Of a stretch of DNA of 64,000 nucleotides, positions 43,576 to 58,800 are shown in pieces. The stretch is from the human T2T-CHM13v2.0 reference genome, Homo sapiens. The notes under the pieces were generated by a model. That model ran no database searches. It had not been told where the DNA came from and saw only the letters and a program-made list of their open reading frames with translations. The translations under genes were made by a program, and so were the position numbers. The stretch lies in the NCBI RefSeq assembly GCF_009914755.1, contig NC_060931.1, one strand, 5' to 3'. Positions within the stretch are counted from its first letter, which is position 1. Each line of letters begins with the position of its first letter.

Positions 43576-44391
43576 TTTATTTTTGAAGTGGTTCTTATCT
43601 ATTTTATTTAGGATATACTGAACTTCACTACCTTTATGCTACTGCAGTAAGAGACAAAATAAGGCTAAATTTTATTAATAATTACCTGAGTCAGCTGGCT
43701 CTAGCCTATGCCTTTCAGTGTAAGACTTAAAACTCTCTTCAAAATTATTTTCACTTACTTTGTAGATGTTTCCTGTGTCCCATGGACAAGTTTTCTCAAA
43801 CCCTGTGGCCTCTGGTGCTTCTACTAATCAGCAAGAAATTCCCTAAACATAAAACCAAGAAAAGGATCTTTCTGTGTGCTAAGTCACCTCCAGTCTGCTG
43901 TTAAATGTTGCCCTTGGTTAAATGTTGCCCTAGTAGTGCCCAGTAGCTCACCAGGAATCCCTGGATGTGTCCAGCCACTCTTGATGGCATTGCTACTACC
44001 AGGTTCCCGGATGCTATCATGGTTGTTGCCTCATGAAAGGGAAATAATCGTTTTCAAGAAGACTCTTGGGTGACAATAGTTACATTAGATTTTGTTTTCT
44101 TTTTGTTTTGTTTTATTTTCTAACAAATTTTCTCCAAAGGCACTGAGACACAAATCACTGGAGATAAACTGGAGAAATATGTTTTGTCTTCACACTTTGG
44201 GCAAAGCTAGTCCTCTCTTCCAAAACTTCCAGAACTTTCATTATCAATAGTGTTTCTCGGTTCTCTCGAATTATGATATATCCTGGTAGACCATGTAGAT
44301 TGTCATAAATAAGGTCCTATAAGAGGCTTATAAACATGTTGGACATATTGACTACTTGTGGCAAATAGCTCATTATAAAAAGGATTTGCAC

Positions 44392-44627
44392 TTTTTTTGT
44401 TTGTTTTTTGTTTTTTTGTTTGTTTGTTTGTTTGTTTGTTTTTGAGACGGAGTCTCGCCCTTGTCGCCCAGGCTGGAGTGCAGTGGCACGATCTTGGCTC
44501 ACTGCAATGTCTGCCTCCCAGGTTCAAAATATTCTTATGCCTTATAGCTGGGATTACAGGCCACCACACCTGGCTAAATTTTGTATTTTTAGTAGCGACG
44601 GGGGTTTCATCATTGTTGGCCAGGCTG
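44392..44627 (-). mobile_element. 5'-truncated AluS with (TTTG)n tail
   Basis: Alu right arm and part of the left arm; TSD GGATTTGCAC (44382-44391, 44628-44637). Confidence 0.93.
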
Positions 44628-46369
44628 GGATTTGCACATTCTTAATGTCCACACCTTATCTACACATATACAAGTATAATATACTTCTATATAAAATATC
44701 TTTCTGCTTTTTCAAAGAATAAAAGAGAAAAAGAAACTTTGAGAGTATTTGAAAATGCATTCCTAAATTCCTACCAGGTTTTGTAACCCCACAAATTCTG
44801 TTTTCTCATAATAGCTGTTCTGTATACCTCTCACAAAGTTATCTGAAAGTTCAAATGAAATAACAAATGTGAAAAATGCTATTTGTTAACAATGGTGGAA
44901 AACATAAAGTAGATAAAAAACCCATAGCACCAAAATGCTGTATCTACAATTATGTCTCTACAATTCATGCTGACAGCACAAACCAAGATATGAAGATCAC
45001 TGTTCACAAAGAATAGCTTTACACCTCTATTCAAAATATATTACATCATGGCAAAAGGCTAGAGACTTAGCATTAGGTCTTTAAACAACAGAAGGATCAA
45101 GAACGAAAATGTATTCCACGCCAATTATGAATGTATTGGGTAATATTAATTAATCCATGCGTTGAACAAGATAGCTTTTGAGTACAATATGCCAAGGCAT
45201 TATTTCATACACATGGTAATTAATCTTTCTGAACTCGAGATCCATCTTAAAAATATGAAGGGAAATGATTTAGTCTGGTTCAGAAGTGGGCTGTATTCTG
45301 AGTTCTAACTTCTCTAAGAAATAGGCATTTGGGAGAACATACTAAAAACAGAGCCATCTCTGTATAAAGAAAATACTTCCATTTAGAAGGTACTGAAAAT
45401 AAGCATATGGTATTAACAGCATTTTGAAGATAATTTTTTTAAACTGAGAACTCTATTTTAGAGGTTTACATGATTTTTAATGAAATACCAAAACTCATGC
45501 ATCCCACAAATCTCCAATTCCTGGAATTTTTTTCGTAATACAATTTGAGAAGATAATAAAACATTTGACTGCCTAATTTCCTGGGGAATATAAAAATATA
45601 TTTGTTTTCCATAGATTTTCAATCAGAAAACCACTTACCACACCACCAAGATGAATCACACAGACTATTTCATTTGGCAGTTAGTTATATCTTCTTTAAT
45701 TTTAAAAAATTGCTTGCCAAGGTTGGGTGTAAATTATGATAAACACTATGTCTGTCTACTCCTTCGGGGTTGTGTCATCGTTTTGGTTGAATTCTATTAG
45801 CTACACTTTGCACTCGGTAGTTGTTATGTCTGAAGACACACAAGTATGCTTTGGCTCCCCAGTATATATTTTCTTCAAAACTATCATGCAAATGATGAAA
45901 GAAATACTATTTTGAGATTCTATAGTTTACTATGTACCACATGGTCTGTTTCAAAAGATCACAGAAATCATTCTTGCAACAGATAATCTACAGAGGAAAT
46001 GTGCAGGTTTTAGGTCAGTGCTTTCTGTCATTGTTTCACTCTGAGACTTAACTAGATTCAAGTGTTTAGTGAAATTTGCAAAAAGAAACAGGCTCATACT
46101 ATTTGATGCCCATAGGGGAAAGAGCCTTGTCTAAAATTAGCTTTTTAAAACAGATGCATCCATAGACACAAATTAAAAGAATCATTTTAAAAAGAGTGAT
46201 TGAATGGAAAATTCAGGCTCTGTTTGCCAAAGCTAAAAAGCACTGTTTAGTCATGAAAATAGCTTGAATTTCCATGTAAATTTATTATTTTCAAAATATT
46301 TCATAAACGCTATCTCATTTAATCCTTAACAATCACTTCCACATGTAACTAGGGTATGTGCAACAATAA

Positions 46370-46600
46370 TATAAATAATAAAATGAGAACAATCAATATT
46401 CTTTCTATGTGCCAGTCTCCTTTCTGCACGCCTAAAAATAAATTTTATCATTAAATAAATTTAATAATTAATTTAATTACTCTTTGAGTTACTCTGTGAG
46501 TTAGGTACTATTTATATCACCATAAAAAAGTGAAGAAAAGGGAGATTAAATAACTTGTCCAAGAAAACAAAACTAGTAAGTGGAGGAGCCAGACATTCTA
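46370..46600 (-). mobile_element. MIR SINE
   Basis: TATGTGCCAG..CTGTGAGTTAGGTACTATT..GAGATTAAATAACTTGTCCAAG..ACTAGTAAGTGGAGGAGCCAG. Confidence 0.7.
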
Positions 46601-46794
46601 CTAATGTCACCTCAATGATAGGCCAGCTAGGCTAGACTCGTTTAGTTATTTTGACAAGTATATATATATTTTTGGATATATTTTTAAGATTAAAGAAAGA
46701 AAAAGATACTTCAGAGACTTTCATCTACTGATTAAACTGAGAATAAATTAACAACATTTTAGTCTAATGTGCTTTCATCTCTAGTAATGATCAC

Positions 46795-49317
46795 TCTTCA
46801 ATTTTCTAATTTAGTTTTTTAATTGACAGATATAATTGTATATATTTACCATGTAGAACATATTCTTCTGGAGTAAGACACATTGTGGGGAATAAATAAA
46901 TCTAGCCAGTTAACATATGTATTACCTCACAGTTATCTTTTTTGTGGAGAAAAAAAACCTTACATCCATTCTTTTAGGGTTTTTCAAGAATACAATATAT
47001 TGTTTAATATAGTTACCAAGTTATACAATAGACCTCTTAAACCTCTTTCTCCTATCTGAAATTTTGAATCCTTTGAGCAAGATATACCAGCCTCCCTTCC
47101 CTAACCATTTCAGCCCCTGATAACAAACGTGAGATAAACTTTGTTAGGTTCTACATATGAATAAAATCATTTGATAGTTGTCTTTCTGTGCCTAATTTAT
47201 TTCACTTAACATAGCATTCTTCAGGTCCATTCATATTGTCCCATATTACAAAATTACCTTCTGTTTTAGGGCTGAATAGTGTATATATACCAGATTTTTT
47301 TTATCCATCCATTCATTTATTGATGGACATTTAGGTCGATTCCATATCATGGCAGTTGTGAGTAATGCTATAATAAACAAAGGAATGCAGATATCTCTTT
47401 GACATACTCATTTCATTTGCTTTGCACATGTATTCAGTAGTGGAATGGCTGGATCATGTGGAAGATTTATTGTTAATTTTTTAAGGAACCTCCATTCTGT
47501 TGCCATAATGGCTGCACCACATTATATTTCCACCAAAAGTGGAACAAAAAATGTTCTCTTCTTGCCACATCCTCATCAATACTCATTATATTTTGTATTT
47601 TTTATAATACCCATTATAATAAGCATGTATGTAGTGTTAATTTTCATTTCCCTGATGATTAGTAATACTGAGCATTTTTTCATTTCCTTGTTGACCATCT
47701 TCATGTCCTCTGTAGAGAAATGTCTATTCAGGACCTCTGTCAATCTTTTACTTGGGTTATTTGTTCTCTTGCTATTGAGTTACTTAAGTCCCTTATATAT
47801 TTTGAATATTACCCCTTATCAGATGTGTAGTTTGCAATTTTTTTCTCTTCCCTATATTGATTTTTGTTTCTGTGCAGAAGAGTTTTAGTTTGATGTAACT
47901 TCATCTGTCTATGCATACTTTTCTTGCCTATGCCGATATTGTCATGTCCAAAAAATTATTGCCCGAGCTAATATCATGGAACTTCATCCATATGCTTTCT
48001 TCTAGAAGTTCTATAGCTTTGGGTCTTACAATTAAGTTTTTAATCCATTTTGAGTGATCTTTGTGTATCATGAGAGTTAAGAGTCTAATTTCATTCTTCT
48101 GAATATAGATATCCAGTTTTTCTAACACCATTTATTGAAGTGTCTGTCCTTTCCTCATTGTGTGTTCTAGGAGGCTTTGTTGGAAATCAGTTAACTGTAA
48201 ATGCACGAATTTATTTCTCAGCTCTCTGTTATCTTCCATTGATCTCTGTGTCTGTTTGATGCCACTGCCATACTGTTTTGATTTCTATAGCTTTGTAGTA
48301 TATTTTGAAGACAGGTAAAGTGAAGCCTCCAGATTTGTTATTTTATTCAAGATTATTTGGCATTTGGGGGTCTTTTGTTGTTCTGCATGAATTTTAGGAT
48401 TGTTTTCTTCTAATTCTGTTAAAAAACATTGCTATTTTGGCAGAGATTGCATTGAATCTGTAGATCTCTTTGGGTAGTAGGACATTTTAATAATATTAAT
48501 TATTTTAATATATTAATACGTATCTCCCTATTTATTTGTGTCTTTTCAGTGTCTTTCATTGGTGTTTTCTGGTTTTTAGTGAAGAGATCTTTCACCTCCT
48601 TAGAAATTTATTCCCAAGTGTTTTACATTTGTTAACTACTGTAAATTGGATTGATTTCTTGATTCTTTTTTCAGATAATTTGTTGTTAATGTGTGGAAAT
48701 GCTACTGATTTTTGTATGTTGAGTTGTGTCCTGCAACTCTCCTAAATTCATTTATTAGTTCTAAGTTTTTGATGGAGTCTTTAGGTTTTTCTACATGTAA
48801 AATTACATCATCTGCAAACAAGAATAATTTAATTTCTTTCTTTCCAATTTGGATGCCTTTTTTTCTTGCCTAATTTCTTTGGCGAGGACCTCAAGTACTA
48901 AGATAAATAGATGTGATAAGAATGGGCATCTTTGCCTTGTTCCAGATCTTAGAGGAAAAATTTTCAACTTTTTCCCATTGAATCTGATGTTAGCTGTGGG
49001 TTTGTCATGTATGGCCTTTATTGAGGTATGTTTCTCTTGTATCTAATCTGTTGAAAGTTTTTTATTATAAAAGTATGTTGAATTTTGTTAAGGCTGTTTC
49101 TGCCTGATTGAAGTAATCATGGATTTTGTCTTTCATTCTGTTAATGTGATATAACACATTTATTGATTTGCATATGATGAAACATTCGTGCATCACTGGG
49201 ATGAATCCCACTTTACCATGGTGAGTGATTTCTTAAATGTGTTGTTGAATTTGGTTTGGTAGTGTTTTGTTAAGAATTTTTACATCTTTTTTCATCAGGG
49301 ATATTTGTCTATATTTG
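46795..49317 (-). mobile_element. 5'-truncated L1MA (L1MA7/8-like)
   Basis: Antisense ORF2 RT/C-terminus and 3'UTR; degenerate TSD TCTAGTAATGATCAC (46780-46794) and TCTAATAATGATCAC (49318-49332). Confidence 0.87.
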
Positions 49318-50109
49318 TCTAATAATGATCACCTTAACACACTTATCAAAATGTTCATGAGTGTTTCCTGATACAGATTCAAGACTGTACCCTTCTGTAA
49401 GTGCAGTGTTGTTATAAAGTAGATGAGTAATCAGGGACCATCTTTCCCCTGATATCCATTTTTGGCCGTAAGACTGGTTTGCACAAATAAAGTGTAACCC
49501 AAGGTGATTTGGAAGAAACCTTTTCTACCATCTGTTTTCCCATATGTCTATTAGAAATGGATGACCAGGGAAAATTTTGAAAGCTTTTGTTAAGGTTGGA
49601 AGACCTGCTAGCCAATTTGGACTATCCATTTTGAAATTTCATGAATGGTATGCCACGATTTTGGATTATGAATTTTGGGAATTTCTTTAAGATTTTAATT
49701 AACCTAGCTTATACAAAAGCCTATTCAGTGAGTTACAATTTTAAAAGTCAAAAAATAAACACATTTCAAGTTACAAAAATTATATAACTTTTGTATTTGT
49801 ATAGATGAGGCAGGGTGGGAAAGGGGTTTTCTATTCTTGTTTATCTTTCTGGGCTTTTGAAACTCTCTTATTTTTCTACCAGCTCAGCCATGCAATTAAA
49901 GAGATATGATACTCTATCTTTAGAATTACTTCTAAAATATGAAAATGATAATGTATAATTCCAAACTAGTAGATAAAAATAAAAAAATCTATCAAACAGG
50001 TGACAGAAAACAAGTATAATAAAAATATAGAAAAAGCCTAAGGATTAGATAATAGGAAAAATTCTAATATATCAGTAATTTCAGGACATTTACTTCCCAA
50101 GGAAAAAAA

Positions 50110-52900
<2,791 letters not shown>

Positions 52901-53198
52901 TATATGTTGGGATGCATATTATTCATCTCAAATTATGTAAATAACATCCAATTATGTTTCAGATTTTTAAACTTTTTTTTTCATTCTAGATAATTAAAAT
53001 GGAGTTCAGATCTTAACTTTTTGTTTAAATTGTTAACACTGAAGGAAACATATATTTTGTCTTTTTTAAATCTTGGAATAAAGTTGAGAAATCATGTGAA
53101 AAAGACGCTAAAATGACTAAATAATTGCTACAAGACTTCTCCAAATGACCACAGTTTGAGTGATAGGTAAATTTTTATGAGGTTTTTAGGGAGTCCTA

Positions 53199-53372
53199 GG
53201 GGGTGAGGGAGGGAGGAGAGCAACGACTGAAAAAGTATACATTGGGTACTATGCTCACTACCTGGGTGACAGGATCAATTGTACCCCAAACCTCAGCATC
53301 ATGCAATATACCCATGTAACAAATCTGCACATGTGCCCTCTGAATCTAAAATAAAAGTTGAAATTAAAAAAC
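53199..53372 (+). mobile_element. L1PA16/17-like 3' end fragment
   Basis: ATTGGGTACTATGCTCACTACCTGGGTGAC..CCCCAAACCTCAGCATCATGCAATATACCCATGTAACAAA..TCTAAAATAAAAGTTG. Confidence 0.85.
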
Positions 53373-53639
53373 AAACTGGTCAGGGGAAAAATAAAGTTTT
53401 CCTTATATTAAAAAAGATAAAGAGAGTTAGGGTAGGTCGAAAAGAGAAGGGATTAAAGATCTGCTCCTAGGTTACTCTAATATTCAATTAGGGAGATAAA
53501 GACGGGAGCAAACAAAGGCATTGGGATGGATTGGGAAGCTGGGAAGTGGAGTGGTAAGATTCAGGAGATGGTTGTGACCTTGAAGCTGATAGCAATTTCA
53601 AGGAAGAAAAGATGACAATGTTTTCAAATGCTGGAAATA

Positions 53640-53860
53640 AGTATTTACTTGACCAAGTAAGTTGAGGTCTGAGAACTGACAACTGGATTTAATGAGATAG
53701 TGTTTGTTGTTGACCTAGTAGAACAGCAATTTTGTTGAAATAGCAGAGCAGAGGCATAATTGAAAATGTTTCGAAAAAAAATGAGAAAAGAAGAAATAGA
53801 AGACATGTACCTCCAGCACTTTCTGGAGAAAGCTGTGGGGCCAAAGGAGATGTATGTTTT
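53640..53860 (-). mobile_element. Probable L2 fragment
   Basis: GAGGTCTGAGAACTGACAACTGGATTTA..TTGTTGACCT pattern typical of antisense L2; weak. Confidence 0.4.
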
Positions 53861-54828
53861 TATTTGATTTGAAAAGAAAAGAATAGAAAGAGAAAAATCT
53901 CAATAAGAAATACAAGTTTTATTGTCTAAAGTGTTGTTTTGTAATTGTTTGAAAATAGTCAATAACTCTGAAGACAATATGAAGACATCTTGATTTTGAG
54001 ATTAACTTATTGCCTCAGTATGATATTTATGGCTCAATTAACATAAGAGTTAATTGACTTAATGACTGACAAATCTTGTCTCTTTCTCGTTTTTAACAAA
54101 AGCTATCCAAACTTTATTTTTTATTAATCTAGATAGCTATCAATGGAAAAGTCACACCTGCATATCATCTGTTTTTCAATACTTTAAAGTGTTTTGTTTA
54201 AAAAGCTTCATTGAGAGTAACAGTGTTTCTATTTTCTTAAAGCAAAGGGATTTGAAGTTTCCATTAAGATTTTTTTATCTAAGTCACTGAACTATACATC
54301 TCTTTCCCTCAAGCTTTATTGGATAGAATTACATAATAAAGTATGTTGATACATATGAATTCACCCAAATATATGTACCATTTCCTTTTCTTTGTATCAT
54401 ATGCCAAATTACTATTTTACTCACCCAAAAACTCTCTATATAGAATAGTCTGTTCCACTCACGACCCAAGAAAAGTATATATCAATTATAATGCTATTTT
54501 TCTTGTGCCAAATCTTCATTACTACCATCTACAACTAAAGATGAAGTAATAACATACATATCTCATTTCAGACCTCATTACTTAATGCATTATGATATTC
54601 AAGTGCTTATGCTTTCTCAATTATTCACATTTCATGAAAGCATTCAAGTCTTGCCAAAGTCTTCGAGTCTTAGGAAATCCCATGAGGGATTATAAATTGG
54701 ATGAAACTAATGAAACTTCAGTGTTTTTATATACTTAAAACTACATTTTCTGCCAGGCTCTGGAATATTTAATCATTGTTGAAAGGATAGGGATCTACCT
54801 GAAACAGTCTTCCTAGAAATTAAATGAA

Positions 54829-55806
54829 GGGTTGGATCATTCTAAGATGGCTGAATAGTAACAGTTCCAGTCTGCAGCTCCCAGCATGACTGACCCAGAA
54901 GATGGGTGATTTCTGCATTTCCAACTGAGGTACATGGTTCATCTCACTGGGACTGGTTGGACAGTGGGTGCGGCCCACCAAGGGTGAGCCAAAGCAGGAG
55001 GGAGTGTTGCCTCACCTGGGAAGTGCAAGGGGTTGGGGGATTTCCCTTTCCCAGCCAAGGGAAGCTGTAACAGACGGTACCTGGAAAATTGGGACACTCC
55101 CACCCCAATACTGCACTTTTCCAAAGGTCTTAGCACATGGCTCACCAGGAGATTATATCCTGTGTCAGACTTGGCAGGTCCCACACCCACAGAGCCTTGC
55201 TCACTGCTAGCACAGCAGTCCAAGATCAAACTGCAAAGCAGCAGCCTGGGCTGGGGGAGGGGCGTCCACCATTGCTGAGGCTTGAGTAGCTAAACAAAGC
55301 AGCCGGGAAGTTCGAACTGTCTGGAGCCCACTACAGCTCAAGGAGGCCTGCCTGCTTCTGTAGACTCCACCTCTGGGGACAGGGCATAGCTGAACAAAAG
55401 GCAGCAGAAACTTCTGCAGACTTAAACATCCCTGTCTGATAGCTCTGAAGAGAGCAGTGGTTCTCCCAGGATGGAGTTTGAGCTCTTGAGAACTGACAGA
55501 CTGCCTCCTCAAGTGGGTCCCTGACCCCTGTGTAGCCTAATTGGGAGACAACTGCCAGTAGGGGCCGGCTGACACCTCATACAGCTGGGTGTCCCTCTGA
55601 GATGAAGCTTCCAGAGGAAGGATCAGGTAGCAATATTTGCTGTTCTGCAGCCTTCGCTGGTGATACCCAGGCAAACAGGATCTGGAGTGGACCTCCAGCA
55701 AATTCCAACAGACCTGCAGCTGAGGGTCCCGACTGTTAGAAGGAAAACTAACAAACAGAAAGGAATAGCATAACATCAACAAAAAGGACATCCACACCAA
55801 AACCCA
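54829..55806 (+). mobile_element. Orphan L1PA6/7-like 5'UTR (plus first bases of ORF1), 3'-truncated
   Basis: AAGATGGC YY1-type site at 54844; TGATTTCTGCATTTCCAACTGAGGTAC; AGCAGTGGTTCTCCCAG; ends at GGACATCCACACCAAAACCCA. Confidence 0.92.
54939..55272 (-). pseudogene. L1 ORF0 homolog, frameshifted, in the antisense-promoter region
   Basis: ATG at 55272 gives MVDAPPPA, then one extra base; the ORF0-like frame continues LILDCCASSEQGSVGVGP..GVGVSQFSR; minus-strand donor CAG|GTACCG at 55081/55080. Confidence 0.7.
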
Positions 55807-58800
55807 AAGGATTATAGCTTAACAGCTATCCATACAAGAAAGCACCCTCATAAGAACAAAAAATCAGGTAAGTAATCACAATACCTGGTTTTAACATCAT
55901 AGCAAGGAAAGAGGCATTGAAGAGAATAAGAAAGAGAGTACTGAATTGCTGACAGCAACCCTCTTTCATCCCCAGCAGTGACCACATGGCACTGAGAGAG
56001 ATTCTGTATATTTGAAGGAGGAAGAGTGTAGTCATGTCGGACTTTGCTTTGGAATCCAGTGCTGCCTGTCACAGCAGAAAGCAACAAGGGGCAGAATGCA
56101 GCTGACATCAACAAATGGATCATTCAGACCAGCCATAGCAGAGGGGAATTGTCCATCCCGGCAGCTGGAACCCCATCACTGAAAGATAAAGCACTCTGGG
56201 GTCCTAATAAACTTGAAAGGCAGTCTAGGCAACAAGGACTGAACATCCTGGAAAGTCCCGATGCTGTGCTGGGATTGGAGCCAGTAGACTTCTGGTGTAT
56301 GTGACCTAGTGATGTACCTGCTGGAGAAGCCAAGGAAGTGCTTGCATCACTTCTCCCTCAACCATAGGCAATGCAGCTTGCAGCTCCAGGAAAGACACTT
56401 TCCTTCTGCTTCAAGAGAGGAGAGGAAATAATAAAGAGGCTCTTGCTTGCAACTTGGATACCAGCTCAGTCAAAGTACAATAAAGCACCAGGAAAAGTCC
56501 TGAGGCCCCAATTCCAGGCCCTAGCTTCCAGATGACATTTCTAGACACACCCTGGGCCAGAAGGGAACCCAGTGTCTTGAAGGGAAGAAACCAGTTACAG
56601 CAGGATCCATCACCTGCTGACTAAAGAGTCTTTGGGCCATGAATAAACATCAAAGATAGCCAGACAGTACATGGGCCTTGGGTGAGACTCGGTACCATGC
56701 TGGCTTCAGATGTGATCCAGCACACTCTGAGCTGTGGTAGCCACAGGGAGAGACAGATTCAGCTTGAGCAAAGGAGAGGGAAGAGCAAAGGGGACTTTGT
56801 CTTGTAGCCTGGGTACCAGTGAACCCACAGTGAAGTAGAGCACCAAGTGGGCTACTGTTGTCCCCAGTTCCAGGCCTTAGCTCCTGGAAGGCATTTTTTG
56901 ACGAACCCAGGTTGAGAAGGAAGCCCATTGCCATGAAGAGAGAGATATAGGCCAGAAGCATTTGCCATTAGCTGATTATAGAGCACTTGGGACTTGAGTG
57001 AACATTAGTGGTAGCCGGGAGGAGGTCACCATGGGCCTTGGGTGAGACCCAGTGCCATGATGGCTTCAGGTCTTACCCAGCACAGCCCCAGTGGTGGTGG
57101 CCACAGTGTTGCTTGTGTCACCCTTCTCTTAGCTCCAGGCAGCTGAGCATGGAGAGAGAAACTCAATTTTTTTTTTTTTGTCAAAAAATAGGGGAAGGAA
57201 CAAGAGTCTCTGCATGGTAACTCAGGGAATTCTTTCAGATTGTACCCAAGACCACCAAAGCAGTACCTCTATGAGTCTGCAAGAGTTACAGTGTTACTGG
57301 ACTTGGGGTGCCATCTAATACAGATATGGCTGTAGTGACCAAAGACTTAGATCACAACAATCAATTCCCATGAATACCTGGAAAGCCTTTCAAAGGCTTG
57401 TTCCTTGTACAAACAAGCCCAGACTGTGAAGACTACAATAAATAACTAGTTATTCAGTGCCCATATATCAACAAGCATCAAGGCCATCCAGGAAAACATG
57501 ACCTCCCCAAATGAACTAAATAAGACAACAGTGACCCATCACAGAGTGATAGAGATATGTTACCTTTCAGACAGAGAACTCAAAATAGCTGTTTTGAAGA
57601 AGCTCAGTAAAACTCGAGATAACACAGAGAAGGAATTCAGAATCCTAATAGACAAATTTAACAAAGAGAATGAAATATTTTTGAAAATAAAACAGAAATT
57701 ATAAAGAAATTGAAAAATTCTATTAACATGCTGAAGAATGCATCAGAGTTTCTCAAAAGCAGAATTGATCAAGCAGAGGGGAGAATTAGTGAGCTGGAAG
57801 ACAGGCTATTTGAAAATACACAGTCCAATACATCTGGCAGCTCCAGATATAAAGTAGCTCCAATACATCTGGCAGCAGACATTTCAGTGCAAACCTTACA
57901 GGCCAGGAGAGAGGGGCAGGACATATTTAAAGGGCTGAAGGAAAAAAATAACAAAAATAAACAAACAAAATGTATTCTAGAATAGTAAATCTAGCAAAAT
58001 TGCCCTTCAAACATAAGGAAGAAATAGACTTTCCCAGACAAACAAAAGCTGAAGGATTTCATCAATACCAGACAAGTCCTAAAATAAATGCCAAAGAGAA
58101 TTCTTCAATCTGAAAGAAACGCACATTAAAAAGCAGTAAGAAATCAACTGAAGGTATTAATAGAAAACTCACTGGTAGTAGTAAGTAAACAGACCAAAAT
58201 AGAATACTAAATATAACACTGTGATTGTGGTGTATAAACTACTCAAACATTGAGAAGAATGACTTATAGATGAAGGTACCAAAAAGAGCTGGAAAAACTT
58301 TTTAAGATACAGACAGTATAATAAGTTATAAATAGAAACAAGAAAAACCTAAAGGGGAGGGGATGAAGTTAAAATGTATAGTTTTTATTAGTTTTCTTTT
58401 TGCTTGTTTGCTTATTTTTATAATCAGTGTTAAGTTGTTATCAGCTTAAACTAATTGGTTATAAGATGTTGTTTTCAAGCATCATGACAACCTCGAGTAA
58501 GAGAAAACAGTAAAACAGATACAAACAAATAAAAACACGAAATTAAAACATACCACCAGAGAAAATCACCTTCAGAAAAAAAGAGAAGAGAGGATTACAT
58601 AACAACTAGAAAACAAATAACCAAATGGCAGGATTAAGTCCTTAGTTATCAATAATAATCTTGAAGGTAAATGAACCAAACTCTCCAATTAAAAGACATA
58701 GAGTAGCCAAATGGATAAAAAAGCAAGACTGCCTACATTGAACCAGGAAGAAATCCAAAACCCGAACAGACCAATAACAAGTAATGAGATCAAAGCCATA

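Noticed and set aside
43899-43933. Tandem GTTAAATGTTGCCCT x2
   Set aside because: Simple short duplication with no supporting context.
47445-47888. 147-aa hydrophobic ORF resembling a membrane protein
   Set aside because: Antisense reading of L1MA ORF2/3' region; T-richness gives spurious hydrophobicity.
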